Positions 49,034 through 59,087 of a stretch of DNA of 64,000 bases are shown here, piece by piece. How positions within the stretch are numbered: position 1 is the first letter of the stretch; the number at the start of each line of letters is the position of its first letter. The stretch lies in assembly GCA_035328385.1 (NCBI GenBank), contig DAOLIU010000001.1, forward strand, positions 2,612 to 66,611. Reading direction: 5' to 3'. The translations under genes and the position numbers were made by a program. The notes beneath the pieces are model-generated. The model was not told where the DNA came from. It saw nothing but the letters and a program-made list of their open reading frames with translations, and made no database searches. Source of the stretch: Nitrospira sp. GTDB lineage: Bacteria; Nitrospirota; Nitrospiria; Nitrospirales; Nitrospiraceae.

Positions 49034-50155
49034 ATGCGAGTTGACCCGGCAGACGACGACCGGTACATGTCCCTCGCACTCCGCCTGGCGGAGAAGGGGC
49101 GGGGGACGACGAGTCCCAACCCCATGGCCGGAGCGGTGGTCGTCAGGCGCGGCCGTATCGTGGGTCGCGGATTCCATCTCCGTCCCGGCTTGCCGCACGC
49201 GGAAATTCTCGCCCTCCTGGAGGCGGGTCCCTTGTCCGAAGGGGCCGATCTCTACATCACCCTGGAACCCTGCTGCCATACGAAAAAGCGCACGCCGCCT
49301 TGCGTGCCGGCGGTGCTCGATTCCGCTCTGCGGCGCGTGATCGTCGCGATGACCGACCCGAATCCGTTGGTCGACGGCAAAGGCATCGCGGCGCTCCGGC
49401 GGGCCGGTCTGCCGGTGACCGTGGGCGTGAAGGAGCGCGAGGCCCAAGCGCTGAACCGAACCTACAGCCACTGGGTCACGGCGAAGCGGCCCTATGTGAT
49501 TCTGAAGGCGGGGATGACGCTGGACGGGCAGATCGCGACGCGGACGGGTCGATCCCGATGGATCACCGGCCTGCCGTCTCGCAGAGACGCGCATCGGTTG
49601 CGCGCGCAGGCCGACGCGGTGCTGGTGGGTGTGGGTACGGTGCTGAAGGACGATCCATCGTTGATCGCCAGGACCGGCGCACGTCTGGCGACGCCCGCCG
49701 ACAGGCAGCCGCTGCGCATCGTGGTCGACAGCACCCTCCGGGTGCCGCCGGGCGCCCACGTGCTCTCGGAGCAGGAGACCGCCAAGACTCTCGTCGCGAC
49801 GACGGCCGCTGCGCCGGCGTCCCGACGCCGGGTGCTCGAAGAACTCGGAATCGAAACCCTCATCCTGCCGTCGGCCGAGAAGCAGGTGTCGTTGCCCGCG
49901 CTGCTGAGGGCCTTGGGCCACCGCGGAATCACGTCGGTGCTCGTCGAAGGCGGCGGCGAGATCAATGCATCGCTGCTTCGCGGGAAGCTCATCGATCACG
50001 TATGCTTGTATGTCGCGCCGTTGTTGCTGGGCGGTGCCGACGCCACGGGGCTCATCGGCGGCCGAGGACCGGCGCGGCTCGCATCGGCGCCGGGGCTGCG
50101 CGACATGAAGATCCGATCCTTGGGTGACGATATTCTGGTGGAAGGAGATTTGTGA
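49034..50155 (+). CDS. ribD: Bifunctional riboflavin biosynthesis deaminase/reductase
   Basis: HAEILAL...TLEPCCH deaminase zinc motif and a C-terminal reductase domain (ITSVLVEGGGEI). Confidence 0.9.
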   Translation: MRVDPADDDRYMSLALRLAEKGRGTTSPNPMAGAVVVRRGRIVGRGFHLRPGLPHAEILALLEAGPLSEGADLYITLEPCCHTKKRTPPCVPAVLDSALRRVIVAMTDPNPLVDGKGIAALRRAGLPVTVGVKEREAQALNRTYSHWVTAKRPYVILKAGMTLDGQIATRTGRSRWITGLPSRRDAHRLRAQADAVLVGVGTVLKDDPSLIARTGARLATPADRQPLRIVVDSTLRVPPGAHVLSEQETAKTLVATTAAAPASRRRVLEELGIETLILPSAEKQVSLPALLRALGHRGITSVLVEGGGEINASLLRGKLIDHVCLYVAPLLLGGADATGLIGGRGPARLASAPGLRDMKIRSLGDDILVEGDL

Positions 50156-51435
50156 CCCCGTGGACGCTCGCGCTGATCTTTCTTGCCGCCCTTGCCACCC
50201 TCGGCCTGTGGAGTGAGCCTGCCTCCCGGGCTGCGGACGCCGACGCGCTCGCCCCGCTGATCTTCCAATATCTGGAATCCCAGAATTCCGACGAAGCGGA
50301 GCGGTTGCTGCGGACGATCACGGCCCGCCCGGACGCGTCGGTCGAAAACGTCACGCAGATCGTCCAAACGGAATACCCGTACTCGTCGCAACCCATCGGT
50401 ACCCTGCCGGACGAGCAGGTGGTCGTCGCCGGCCGTACGTACCAACTGGCGCTGTCCATCCCGCTGACGTATCAACCGTCCAAAGGCTATGCGTTGGTGG
50501 TCTGCCTGCACGGAGCCGGGTTTACCGGCGAGGCCTATCTTGATCGATGGAGGACGCGGCTGGAGGATGAGTATCTGCTCGCCTGTCCGACCTATCCGGG
50601 GGGCGCCTGGTTCACCAAGCGGGCGGAGTCGCTCGTCCTGGCTTCCATCAAGCAAGTGCGGCGGCGGTACCATGTCGATCCGGACCGGATTTTCCTCACC
50701 GGCATGTCGAACGGCGGCATCGGCGCCTGGCTGATCGGCATGCACCACGCGCCGCTGTTCGCCGGCATCGCCCCGATGGCCAGCGGGCTGGACCAGGTTC
50801 TGATGCCGTTCCTCGCGAATCTGCGCAACACTCCCGTCTATATGATCCATGGTGAAAAGGACCAGGTCATGCCGGTGGAGCTGAGCCGGTCCATTTCGCG
50901 GGAGCTGGCGGCGCTGGGTTATCCGTACGTGTACCGGGAGCATCAGGGCGAGCATCCCGTGGCCGGCGGCCACTACTTCCCGCGCGAGGAATTGCCCGAA
51001 CTGGCGGCCTGGCTCAATCGCCAGCGCCGCGATCCGCTGCCGGCGAGGCTGACGGTGGTGCGCGAGGCCAGCCACTTTCAGCCGTTCGATTGGGTGCGGA
51101 TCGACGCCACCGACCCGATCGCCGCCTTCGCCGACGATTTGATCAGCAAGCGGGACGAGTCGATCCGCCGGCGGGAGTACGCCAAGCTCGACGCGACCAT
51201 CGTTTCGCCGGATCGCATCGAGGTGACGACGGAACGGGTGCGGCGCTACAGCCTGTTTCTCAATGAAGGGATGATCGACGTGACGAAGCCGCTGACCGTC
51301 TCGACCAACGGCACGGTGTCGTTCGAGGGACTCGTGACTCCGTCGGTGGAGCACCTGCTCAGGCAGATGCGGCTGCGCGACGATCCGCGGCAACTGTTTT
51401 CCATCCACCTCACCGTTTCGGCGCCGACGCCATGA
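50152..51435 (+). CDS. Secreted alpha/beta-hydrolase (esterase/depolymerase-like)
   Basis: Signal peptide. LHGAGFTGE, nucleophile elbow GMSNGG, HGEKDQVMP. The GTGA overlaps the ribD stop. Confidence 0.7.
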   Translation: MTPWTLALIFLAALATLGLWSEPASRAADADALAPLIFQYLESQNSDEAERLLRTITARPDASVENVTQIVQTEYPYSSQPIGTLPDEQVVVAGRTYQLALSIPLTYQPSKGYALVVCLHGAGFTGEAYLDRWRTRLEDEYLLACPTYPGGAWFTKRAESLVLASIKQVRRRYHVDPDRIFLTGMSNGGIGAWLIGMHHAPLFAGIAPMASGLDQVLMPFLANLRNTPVYMIHGEKDQVMPVELSRSISRELAALGYPYVYREHQGEHPVAGGHYFPREELPELAAWLNRQRRDPLPARLTVVREASHFQPFDWVRIDATDPIAAFADDLISKRDESIRRREYAKLDATIVSPDRIEVTTERVRRYSLFLNEGMIDVTKPLTVSTNGTVSFEGLVTPSVEHLLRQMRLRDDPRQLFSIHLTVSAPTP

Positions 51436-52235
51436 TCTCCATACCGTCCGGCGCGGCGCCGTTGCTTGCCGCCGTCGCGATCGGCACGGTCGCGTGCTGG
51501 CCGGTCGGCCAAGCCCGCTCCGAGACCTGCTCGTTGCCGGCCGAGCACGCGGGATTGACGTTTCCCGTCGACAGGGTCGATGCCGATTGGAACTGCCGGT
51601 TGCAACCGGTCGTCGTCAATTATACGACGGCCAACAAGATCGGGCCCGTACGGACGGCGTTGACGGAAGCCCTCTACACGTATCTGCTCGACCGTCCTCC
51701 GACGGCGGCGGCGCTGATCAATCGTCTGGATCTGGGCATTTACAAGGCGGAAATTCGCGGGCCCGGCCTGTACTGGGGTGACGACGGGGAGGGGACCCGA
51801 GGCTTGGTCCATCTCCTCTATCACGACCGCATGTCGCGGATCTATTACCTCGAAGGAACCCACCACAGCAGGCTGCTGCCCAGCCTGACGGGCAAAGCCG
51901 TGGTGCTTCTGAGAACGAAAGTCGTGCGGGAGCCCGAGGGAACCGAAGCGATGGACACGACGTTGGTGTCCTACATGAAGGTGGACAACCGCTTTGTCTC
52001 CGGACTGTTGTCGCTCTTGCGCCCCCTCATCGGCGGGACGGTGGAGCAGAAGTTGGTGAAGGGCCTGGACGTCGTCAATCGCTTGGGGCTGGAGATGCGC
52101 CGGCACCCGGATCGAGTTTTGTTCGAAGCCATGGATCCTCCGGCCTTGGACGACGCCGACATCGCGTTCCTGCAGCGCGCCCTGGCGAATCCCGCGCAGG
52201 CGCCGGGCCGTCCGCATGATGGGACGGCCCCATGA
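51432..52235 (+). CDS. Hypothetical secreted protein
   Basis: ATGA overlaps at both ends couple it to the flanking genes. Signal-like N-terminus. No family recognised. Confidence 0.5.
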   Translation: MISIPSGAAPLLAAVAIGTVACWPVGQARSETCSLPAEHAGLTFPVDRVDADWNCRLQPVVVNYTTANKIGPVRTALTEALYTYLLDRPPTAAALINRLDLGIYKAEIRGPGLYWGDDGEGTRGLVHLLYHDRMSRIYYLEGTHHSRLLPSLTGKAVVLLRTKVVREPEGTEAMDTTLVSYMKVDNRFVSGLLSLLRPLIGGTVEQKLVKGLDVVNRLGLEMRRHPDRVLFEAMDPPALDDADIAFLQRALANPAQAPGRPHDGTAP

Positions 52236-53416
52236 CCTCGGCGCGCAGCTTCGTCCTGATCTGCACGGTCGGCGTGCTCTGTTTCATCAGTTACAACATG
52301 GTGCGCATGCCGGTCCTGGCGCTGTTTGCCGAATCGCTGGGCGCCGGGCCGGAGCGGATCGGACTGATCGTGTCGGTGTCGACGTTGACGGGCGTGCTGC
52401 TCAAGCTGCCGTCGGGGGCCCTGTCCGACGTTTACGGCCGGACGATCCTGCTTCGGATCGGCGTCGTGGCCTTCGGCCTTCCGCCGTTTCTGTATCCGTT
52501 CATCACGGATCTGAACGCCTTGACCGCGTTGCGGTTCGTGCATGGGCTCGCGACGGCGATCTTCGCGCCGAGCGCCTTGGCGACCGTGGCGGAACTCTAT
52601 CGGGAACGTCGCGGGGCCGCCCTCGGCACCTACACGGCCTGCACGCAGTCCGGCGCCTTGCTGGGCCCGTTCATCGGAGGCTATCTGGTCTATGCGGCCG
52701 GATTCCCCGCGGCGTTCGTCACCGCCGGCGTGTTCGGATGCGCCGCGATCGCGCTCTTCTACAGCCTGCGGCTGAACGTGGCGCCGCCGCGCATGCAGGG
52801 AAAGGGTTTTTCGGCGATCACGGCGGAGATATGGAAAGGTTTTGCGGTGGTCGCGAGAAACAAGAAAGTCCTGATCACCAGCTCCACGGACGCGGCCAAG
52901 ATGATCGCCAACGGCGCCTTGATGGCATTCCTGCCGCTGTACGGTTTGTCGGTGGGACTGAATGCCGGGGACGTCGGGCTCCTCTTCAGCGTGCAGGCGT
53001 TCACGTCGTTTTTCTCCAAGCCGATCATGGGGCGGGTGTCCGACCGCATCGGACGGCAGCCGCTCATCGTGGCGGGTTTGATGATCTGCGCCGCCACGTT
53101 CGTCTGCATCCCGCACGTCTCCATGTTTCCGCTGCTCTTGGTCCTGTCCGCCGGGTTCGGGTTCGGCGAGGCGGTCGTTTCCTCCTCCTCCTCGGCGCTC
53201 GTGGCGGACAGCTCCGAGTTCAAGACGTTGGGAGCGGGCATGGGCATGCAGGGCACGATCATGGATATCGGGCACGCGAGCGGGCCTCTTCTGGCCGGCA
53301 TACTGATCGCCGGGATGAGTTATCGCGGCGCCTTCGCCGTGATCGCCGGCCTGCAGCTCGCCGCGGCGGCGGTGTTCTGGGTCACCATGAGACGGGCGCA
53401 GGCGCAGACAGCTTGA
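52232..53416 (+). CDS. MFS transporter
   Basis: 12 hydrophobic segments; LPSGALSDVYGRT loop motif. Confidence 0.8.
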   Translation: MTSARSFVLICTVGVLCFISYNMVRMPVLALFAESLGAGPERIGLIVSVSTLTGVLLKLPSGALSDVYGRTILLRIGVVAFGLPPFLYPFITDLNALTALRFVHGLATAIFAPSALATVAELYRERRGAALGTYTACTQSGALLGPFIGGYLVYAAGFPAAFVTAGVFGCAAIALFYSLRLNVAPPRMQGKGFSAITAEIWKGFAVVARNKKVLITSSTDAAKMIANGALMAFLPLYGLSVGLNAGDVGLLFSVQAFTSFFSKPIMGRVSDRIGRQPLIVAGLMICAATFVCIPHVSMFPLLLVLSAGFGFGEAVVSSSSSALVADSSEFKTLGAGMGMQGTIMDIGHASGPLLAGILIAGMSYRGAFAVIAGLQLAAAAVFWVTMRRAQAQTA

Positions 53417-53440
53417 GGAAAAACCGACTATAATGCGGTG

Positions 53441-53557
53441 ATGCAGGAGCATTCGACGGGAGATATCGTCATCGGCGCCGTCACGGTGATGGGCGTCCTC
53501 GTGCTGATCGTCGTGTTCGTGTACGTCGTCAAGCAAGTGCTGTTGAGGAAGGATTGA
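53441..53557 (+). CDS. Possible 38-aa single-TM micro-protein translationally coupled to ribE
   Basis: MQEHSTGDIVIGAVTVMGVLVLIVVFVYVVKQVLLRKD. Its TGA shares one base with the ribE ATG (TGATG). The SD is weak, so this is tentative. Confidence 0.3.
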   Translation: MQEHSTGDIVIGAVTVMGVLVLIVVFVYVVKQVLLRKD

Positions 53558-54210
53558 TGTTCACCGGGATCGTCGAAGAAATGGGCGCGATCCGCTCCGT
53601 CGACAAGACGCTCGCCGGAACGAGAATGACGATTCTCGCGACGACGGTCCTGAGCGACCTGAAGGTCGGAGACAGCGTGAGCGTGGACGGCGCGTGCTTG
53701 ACGGTGGCTGAACGGGATCAATCCTGGTTCGCGGTGGAGGTTTCTCCGGAAACGCTCGCGGTCACGACGCTCGGCCGGCTGGGAGCGGGCGCGCCGGTGA
53801 ATTTGGAGCGCGCCATGAAGTTGAACGAGCGCATCGGCGGGCATCTCGTGGCGGGCCACGTGGACGGGGTCGGCAGGATTCGCAGCCGCCGTCAGGACGC
53901 CAACGCCGTCGTCGTGACGATCGATCTGCCGCCGGAAGTGCTGCGGTATTGTGTGATGAAGGGGTCGATCACGGTGGACGGAGTCAGTCTGACGATCAAC
54001 GAGATCACCGACCATGCCGTATCGGTCGCGATCATTCCCCACACCGCCAAAGTGACGACGCTCGGGCTCAAGCAAGTCGACGATGCCGTGAATCTCGAAT
54101 CAGACTTGATCGGCAAGTACGTCGAGCGATTGCTCCAGGAACGGAGCCAACTTTCCAAGCCGACTCCCGCCATCGACCAGGACTATCTCAAGAAAAAAGG
54201 GCTGATCTAG
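53557..54210 (+). CDS. ribE: Riboflavin synthase (alpha chain)
   Basis: MFTGIVEE...GDSVSVDGACLTV...GSITVDGVSLTI duplicated lumazine-binding repeats. Confidence 0.9.
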   Translation: MFTGIVEEMGAIRSVDKTLAGTRMTILATTVLSDLKVGDSVSVDGACLTVAERDQSWFAVEVSPETLAVTTLGRLGAGAPVNLERAMKLNERIGGHLVAGHVDGVGRIRSRRQDANAVVVTIDLPPEVLRYCVMKGSITVDGVSLTINEITDHAVSVAIIPHTAKVTTLGLKQVDDAVNLESDLIGKYVERLLQERSQLSKPTPAIDQDYLKKKGLI

Positions 54211-54260
54211 CAAACCCTTGAGAAAAAAAGCCGTCTGCTGCGTCTCGCGCGGCGCAGGCC
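54211..54260. repeat. Divergent left-arm copy of the interspersed repeat
   Basis: CAAACCCTTGAGAAAAAAAGCCGTCTGCTGCGTCTCGCGCGGCGCAGG aligns with CAGGATGTTGAAAAAGTCCTCCAGCTGCGTTCTCGCGTCGCTCAG. It again starts right at a stop codon. Confidence 0.3.
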
Positions 54261-54369
54261 CAGCCTTGATCTTTCACATCTCCCGAGCGAAGCACAAATT
54301 CTTACAGATTTTCCGGCCGTTTGGCAGTATGCCGCATCTTGCTCGCCGCACGCGTTTGGACGCCGGCTC

Positions 54370-54570
54370 GGGATGATGATGCCCGCATGCGACTTGTGCC
54401 GAGGCTCGGGCACCGTACGGCTGAGCCGATGCGGTCGCGCTTCGCGACGGCGAGGACTGTTTGCAGTTCCATCCTGCGTCGCATCGGATGGAACAAGTTC
54501 CGCAGCCGAGCAGAGGCGAAGCATTGTACGGTCGACCTGAGGCACCGGAGTATACGGGCATCATCATCCC
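54370..54570. repeat. Long imperfect palindrome of about 200 bp (structured RNA or MITE-like element)
   Basis: Perfect 16-bp outer arms GGGATGATGATGCCCG / CGGGCATCATCATCCC. Inner complementary blocks GTGCC..ACCGTAC / GTACGGT..GGCAC. Apical hairpin GTTCCATCC-N11-GGATGGAAC. Confidence 0.55.
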
Positions 54571-54622
54571 ACTCACGAGCGCCCACGAGTAAGATGTTAG
54601 CGGGCCACCCTACGCGATGTAT

Positions 54623-54844
54623 CTACGGCTCATTTCTCGCCGAGGCGTGATAGAGCAGATAGAGGCCGAGGCCGGCGAAGACGGACACGACGATCGCCGC
54701 GGCCAGTTGAGCGAAGAAGCCGATCGGTCCGACGTAAATCTTATAGAGCTGGAGCAGAACAACGGGAATGCAGACGGCCAAGAGGAGAGCCACCATGTGC
54801 CGCCGCTGGTAGATCGGCTCTCCCGGTTTTCTCGACCCCTTCAT
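54623..54844 (-). CDS. Small membrane protein (73 aa, 2 TM)
   Basis: Two clear hydrophobic helices. Same strand and close spacing with the upstream genes. Confidence 0.4.
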   Translation of the reverse strand: MKGSRKPGEPIYQRRHMVALLLAVCIPVVLLQLYKIYVGPIGFFAQLAAAIVVSVFAGLGLYLLYHASARNEP

Positions 54845-54881
54845 GACAGGACGCTCGGCGGTCTTTCGCCGGCCTCGGGAG

Positions 54882-55352
54882 TTACTTCACAAGAAAGGCC
54901 TTTGAATCCTGTCCGGACGCCGTGGTGACGGTCAGGATCGCGAGTCCCTTGCGGCCGCCTGACGGGACGGTCGCGGTGAGGGTCGTGTCGTTCTTGAACG
55001 TAAACTTGGCCGGTCGACCCGGTCCGAACGACACGCCGCGCAGGCAGTTCGACGGACCGAACTGGGCTCCCTTGATGGTCACGCTGTCTCCGGCCTTTCC
55101 CTCGTCCGGTGTGACTTTCTCGATCCTGGGTCCCACACCGAAACAGGGTTCCGCTTTGCCCGCCGTTTCCGCCGACTGAAATTTCGACTTGTCCTGCTTG
55201 GGCTTGGAGGCCTTGGCTTGCGGCGCGGCCTTCGGCGTCTTGGCTTGCTTGTCCTTGTCCGCGGCAAGGGCGGATGAGGGGGAGAGCGTGGGGCAGAACC
55301 ACAGTACCGCGCCGATGATCGCCATCGGCGCAAGATTCACGGACTTCATCAT
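54882..55352 (-). CDS. Secreted IPT/TIG-domain protein
   Basis: Signal peptide, a Lys/Ala/Pro-rich linker, then PRIEKVTPDEGKAGDSVTIKGAQFG...TATVPSG...LTVTT (IPT/TIG pattern). Confidence 0.6.
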   Translation of the reverse strand: MMKSVNLAPMAIIGAVLWFCPTLSPSSALAADKDKQAKTPKAAPQAKASKPKQDKSKFQSAETAGKAEPCFGVGPRIEKVTPDEGKAGDSVTIKGAQFGPSNCLRGVSFGPGRPAKFTFKNDTTLTATVPSGGRKGLAILTVTTASGQDSKAFLVK

Positions 55353-55403
55353 ACCGGCCTCCTGTTGGTCACGATCAATGGTCAGTTTCGGAAATGCGAT
55401 GCG

Positions 55404-57293
55404 CTACTCTTCGATGGTCGAAATGTCGCCGGGGTCCTGCCCCAGCTCCTTGGCCTTGAGCACCCGCCGCATGATCTTGCCGGATCGGGTCTTGGGCAGC
55501 GAAGTCACGATGTCGATCTCAGCCGGCACCGCGATCTTTCCCAGTTCGTGTTTGACCTGCTCTTTGATGGAGTGGATGAGCTCGGGAGTTTCTTTCTCCC
55601 CCTGCTTCAGAATGATGAACGCCTTGATGGATTCTCCGACCGTCTTGTGAGGCTTGCCGATCACCGCGGCCTCGGCCACGGCGTGGTGGCTGACGAGCGC
55701 GCTCTCCACCTCGGCCGTGCCGAGCCGGTTGCCCGCCACTTTGATGACATCGTCGGCCCGGCCCATGAACCACATGTAGCCGTCTTCGTCCTTGTGGCAG
55801 ACGTCCCCGGCCGTGTAGCAATTCGGGATCGTGGTCCAATACGCCTTGTAGCGATCCGGATCCTTATAGATGGTCCGCATCATCGAAGGCCAGGGTTTCT
55901 TGATCACGGCGAAGCCGCCGGCGTTGGCGGGGAGGCTGTTGCCCTGCCGGTCGACCACGTCGGCTTCGATGCCGAGGAAGGGTCTCGTCGCCGATCCCGG
56001 CTTCAGCGGAACGCTGGGAAGCGGCGTGATCAGGATCGAGCCGGTCTCCGTCTGCCACCAGGTGTCCATGATGGGTTTGTCGCTGCCGGTCACCCGGTGG
56101 AACCATTCCCAGGCTTCGGGGTTGATGGGTTCACCGACGCTGCCCAGAATGCGCAGCGTGGAGAGGTCGGACTTCTTCGGCCAGTCTTCTCCGTAACGCA
56201 TCAACAACCGGATGGCGGTCGGGGTCGTATAGAAGATCGACACGCCGTACCGTTCGATCAAGTCCCACCAGCGCCCCGGCGTCGGATAATCCGGCTTGCC
56301 CTCGGCGGTCAAAATGGTCGCGCCGTTGAGCAAGGGGCCGTACACGATATAACTGTGGCCCGTCACCCAGCCGGGGTCCGCCACGCAGAAATACACGTCG
56401 TCGTCCTTCAGGTCGAAGACGTACTTCGTCGTGGCGTAGGTGCCCACCATGTAGCCGCCGTGCACGTGGACCACGCCCTTTGGTTTCCCGGTGGTGCCGG
56501 ACGTGTACAGGATGTAGAGCGGCGCTTCCGAATCGAGCGGCTCCGCCGCACAGTGGGGCGTCTCGTGCCGGAGCCAGTCGTGCCAGTCGATTTCCTTCGG
56601 GGCGGACAACGCCTGCCCCGGGCTCTGCCTGCGCACCACGACCACGTGTTCCACCGTCGGGCAGCTCTTCACGGCCTCATCGACGACCGGCTTGAGATTG
56701 ATGACCTTGCCGCGGTCGAATCCCACATCGGCCGTAATGACGAGTTTCGCTTCCGCGTCGTTGATGCGGCTCGACAGGGCGGGAGCGCTGAACCCCGAAT
56801 AGACGACGCTGTGGATCGCGCCGATTCTGGCGCAGGCGAGCATGGCCACCACTTGTTCCGGAATCTTGGGAAGATAGATCGTGACGCGGTCCCCCTTGAG
56901 GATGCCGAGTTTCTTCAGGGCATTCGCGCACCGGTTGACCTGCCGGTGGAGTTCGGCGTAGGTGAAGATCCGCTCCTGATCGTTCTCACCGATCCAGATC
57001 AACGCGACTTTGTTCTTTCGCCAGGTCGCCACGTGCCGGTCGAGGCAGTTGTAGGCGATGTTGCAGGTCGCGCCGACGAACCACTTGGCCCACGGATAGT
57101 TCCACTCGAGCACCGTCTTCCACGGCGTGAACCATTCCAATTCCTTTGCCAGACCGCTCCAGAACGCTTCCGGATCGGCGATCGACCGCTTGTACGCGGT
57201 TTCATAATCCTGAACGTGGGCCGCGGAGACCGTTTTGGCCGTCGGCCGGTACACCCGGCTTTCTTTCAAAAGGGTATCGATGTTGTCCGCCAT
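55404..57293 (-). CDS. acs: Acetyl-CoA synthetase
   Basis: [49 protein letters not shown]. Start at MADNIDT. Confidence 0.92.
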   Translation of the reverse strand: MADNIDTLLKESRVYRPTAKTVSAAHVQDYETAYKRSIADPEAFWSGLAKELEWFTPWKTVLEWNYPWAKWFVGATCNIAYNCLDRHVATWRKNKVALIWIGENDQERIFTYAELHRQVNRCANALKKLGILKGDRVTIYLPKIPEQVVAMLACARIGAIHSVVYSGFSAPALSSRINDAEAKLVITADVGFDRGKVINLKPVVDEAVKSCPTVEHVVVVRRQSPGQALSAPKEIDWHDWLRHETPHCAAEPLDSEAPLYILYTSGTTGKPKGVVHVHGGYMVGTYATTKYVFDLKDDDVYFCVADPGWVTGHSYIVYGPLLNGATILTAEGKPDYPTPGRWWDLIERYGVSIFYTTPTAIRLLMRYGEDWPKKSDLSTLRILGSVGEPINPEAWEWFHRVTGSDKPIMDTWWQTETGSILITPLPSVPLKPGSATRPFLGIEADVVDRQGNSLPANAGGFAVIKKPWPSMMRTIYKDPDRYKAYWTTIPNCYTAGDVCHKDEDGYMWFMGRADDVIKVAGNRLGTAEVESALVSHHAVAEAAVIGKPHKTVGESIKAFIILKQGEKETPELIHSIKEQVKHELGKIAVPAEIDIVTSLPKTRSGKIMRRVLKAKELGQDPGDISTIEE

Positions 57294-57439
57294 AATCGCG
57301 CGCTCCCTGGTCGGCGTTCGAGTTCGCCGTGTGAATCGGCACAACCATACCTTGGTCGGGGAAACTATGCAATCCGCACGCGGCGTGCAGGCGCATGTGC
57401 CGGTGTCGGCCTGACCCACGACCGCCGCCGGAGTGTTTC

Positions 57440-57469
57440 TTGACAGGTACAGGAAAGCGAGAGTAGGCT
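57440..57469 (+). promoter_or_regulatory. Candidate sigma70 promoter of the caspase-like gene
   Basis: TTGACA-N18-TAGGCT. It lies only 11 nt before the GTG at 57481, so the true start may be ATG 57505. Confidence 0.4.
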
Positions 57470-57480
57470 GAATTTTCAGA

Positions 57481-58881
57481 GTGAGTCCACGCCGGTTCTT
57501 GCCTATGTCGCCACGGGTCGCCAGCCGCGTCCACGTCCTCTTTCGATCGCTGTGTTCCTGCTTGCTTCTCGCGTCGACCGCGTCCTCCGCCTGGGCTCAA
57601 ATAGGAAAGCCGGAGGGGCTTTACTACAAGTCCTGGGCGGTCGTCATCGCCATCGAGAACTACGTCGTGGCACCCAAGCTGCCCGGCGCAAGGGAAGACG
57701 GCAAGGCCATGGCCCAGGCCTTGCGCGGGGTCGGTTTCGAAGAAGTCGTGGAGCTGTACGACAACGACGCGAGTTTTCGGCGTCTCCAGCAATTGCTGTC
57801 TGATTTTCTTCCGCGCAAGGTCGGGCGCCAAGACCGGCTCGTGATCTATTTCGTCGGCCATGCCGGAATGACGCGCGATCAATCAGGCGGCGAAGTGGGC
57901 TATCTGGTTCCCTGGGACGCCCAGCCCAACAACGTGTCCAAGGCGATAACGTTCGATCAGCTCAAGGAGTTCAGCCGGCGCAGCGCCTCGAAGCACACGT
58001 TCTTGCTGCTGGACGTCGCGGTGCGGGGCTGGGAGATCAGCGCGGCACAGCCGTTGTCGCTGGAAGGGCGAGTCACACCGGAGGACGATCAGGAAAAGCG
58101 GGCGGTCCAGGTACTGACCGCCGGGGACAAGGGGGAGACGGTCGCCAGGACGCAGGATCGAAGCCTCTTCGTTCAGGTTCTTGCCGCGGGGCTGTCCGGG
58201 GCCGCGGACGTGGACCAAAACGGCTGGTTGATGGCGTCGGAGTTGGGACGCTATGCGGCGCAGCAGATCCAGGAGCGATCCAAAGGAGCCCAGCATCCGC
58301 TGTTCACACAGCTCGAAGGGGACGGCGATACGATCCTGATCGAAGGCCGCAAGGCGGCGTTCCGGCTCGGAGGAGAACCTCAGTCGCCGGCCGAGCGGAA
58401 ACAGGCGGCCAAGCTGCAGTACGATCAGGCCTTCGCGCTGCTGCAAACGGGAAAATCGGCGGATGAAGCGTTGGAACGCCTCGATCGCGCGCTCGAATAC
58501 GATCCGGATTTCGGCGACGCCTACGTGTTGAAGAGCTACGTGCGGCTCGAGGTCGTGCCCGACCTCAACGAGGCTTTGTCCGTCGGCAAGCTGGCCGTGC
58601 AGCATGCTCCGAAGAATCCCGACTCGCACTACACGCTGGGACTGATCTACGAAAAGAGGGGACAGTATCAGGAAGCCGAGCAGGCCATGTTGAACGCGCT
58701 CGCGGTCAATCCGACCTATGTGGACGTCTATTTTTCGCTCGGAGTCCTATACGAGGATGAATTGAAAAACGATCAGAAGGCGATCGAAGCCTTTCAACGG
58801 TATCTGGAACTTGGCGGCAATCACGTACGGGCCCGCGAAGCCGTCGCGCGCGGCAACCAGTCGCAGCCGGCCAAGCCTTAA
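57481..58881 (+). CDS. Secreted caspase-fold (peptidase C14-like) domain protein with C-terminal TPRs; the catalytic Cys is apparently absent
   Basis: The His box VIYFVGHAG is present. The expected (L/I)DxC position reads LLLDVAVRG. Signal peptide. TPRs follow from about aa 320. Confidence 0.7.
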   Translation: MSPRRFLPMSPRVASRVHVLFRSLCSCLLLASTASSAWAQIGKPEGLYYKSWAVVIAIENYVVAPKLPGAREDGKAMAQALRGVGFEEVVELYDNDASFRRLQQLLSDFLPRKVGRQDRLVIYFVGHAGMTRDQSGGEVGYLVPWDAQPNNVSKAITFDQLKEFSRRSASKHTFLLLDVAVRGWEISAAQPLSLEGRVTPEDDQEKRAVQVLTAGDKGETVARTQDRSLFVQVLAAGLSGAADVDQNGWLMASELGRYAAQQIQERSKGAQHPLFTQLEGDGDTILIEGRKAAFRLGGEPQSPAERKQAAKLQYDQAFALLQTGKSADEALERLDRALEYDPDFGDAYVLKSYVRLEVVPDLNEALSVGKLAVQHAPKNPDSHYTLGLIYEKRGQYQEAEQAMLNALAVNPTYVDVYFSLGVLYEDELKNDQKAIEAFQRYLELGGNHVRAREAVARGNQSQPAKP

Positions 58882-59052
58882 CAGGCTGTTGACAAAGTCC
58901 GCCAGCAGCGTTCTCGCATCGCTCAGAAAATAGGATGGGCGACCCGATCGTCTCTTGTGCTCGCGGAACGCGCGCCCTCAGAAGGACCTCGTTCGACGCG
59001 CGCACGTGTGAGACCAATCGTGCCGCCCGTTCGGAAGAAGATGAGCAGCCTG
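58882..59052. repeat. Interspersed hairpin repeat, copy C (degenerate right end)
   Basis: CAGGCTGTTGACAAAGTCCGCCAGCAGCGTTCTCGCATCGCTCAGAAAATAGGATGGGCGACCCGA matches copy A over about 65 nt. The right boundary (..GAGCAGCCTG) is uncertain. Confidence 0.5.
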
Positions 59053-59087
59053 CCCCGTATGCTGATGGCATCCGTGACCTCACGCCG

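Noticed and set aside
54207-54650. Four ORFs of 94-112 aa overlapping each other on both strands after ribE.
   Set aside because: They lie in the long palindrome and mirror one another. Their composition is Arg/Ala/Cys-rich and they have no SD, so they are treated as artefacts of the inverted repeat.
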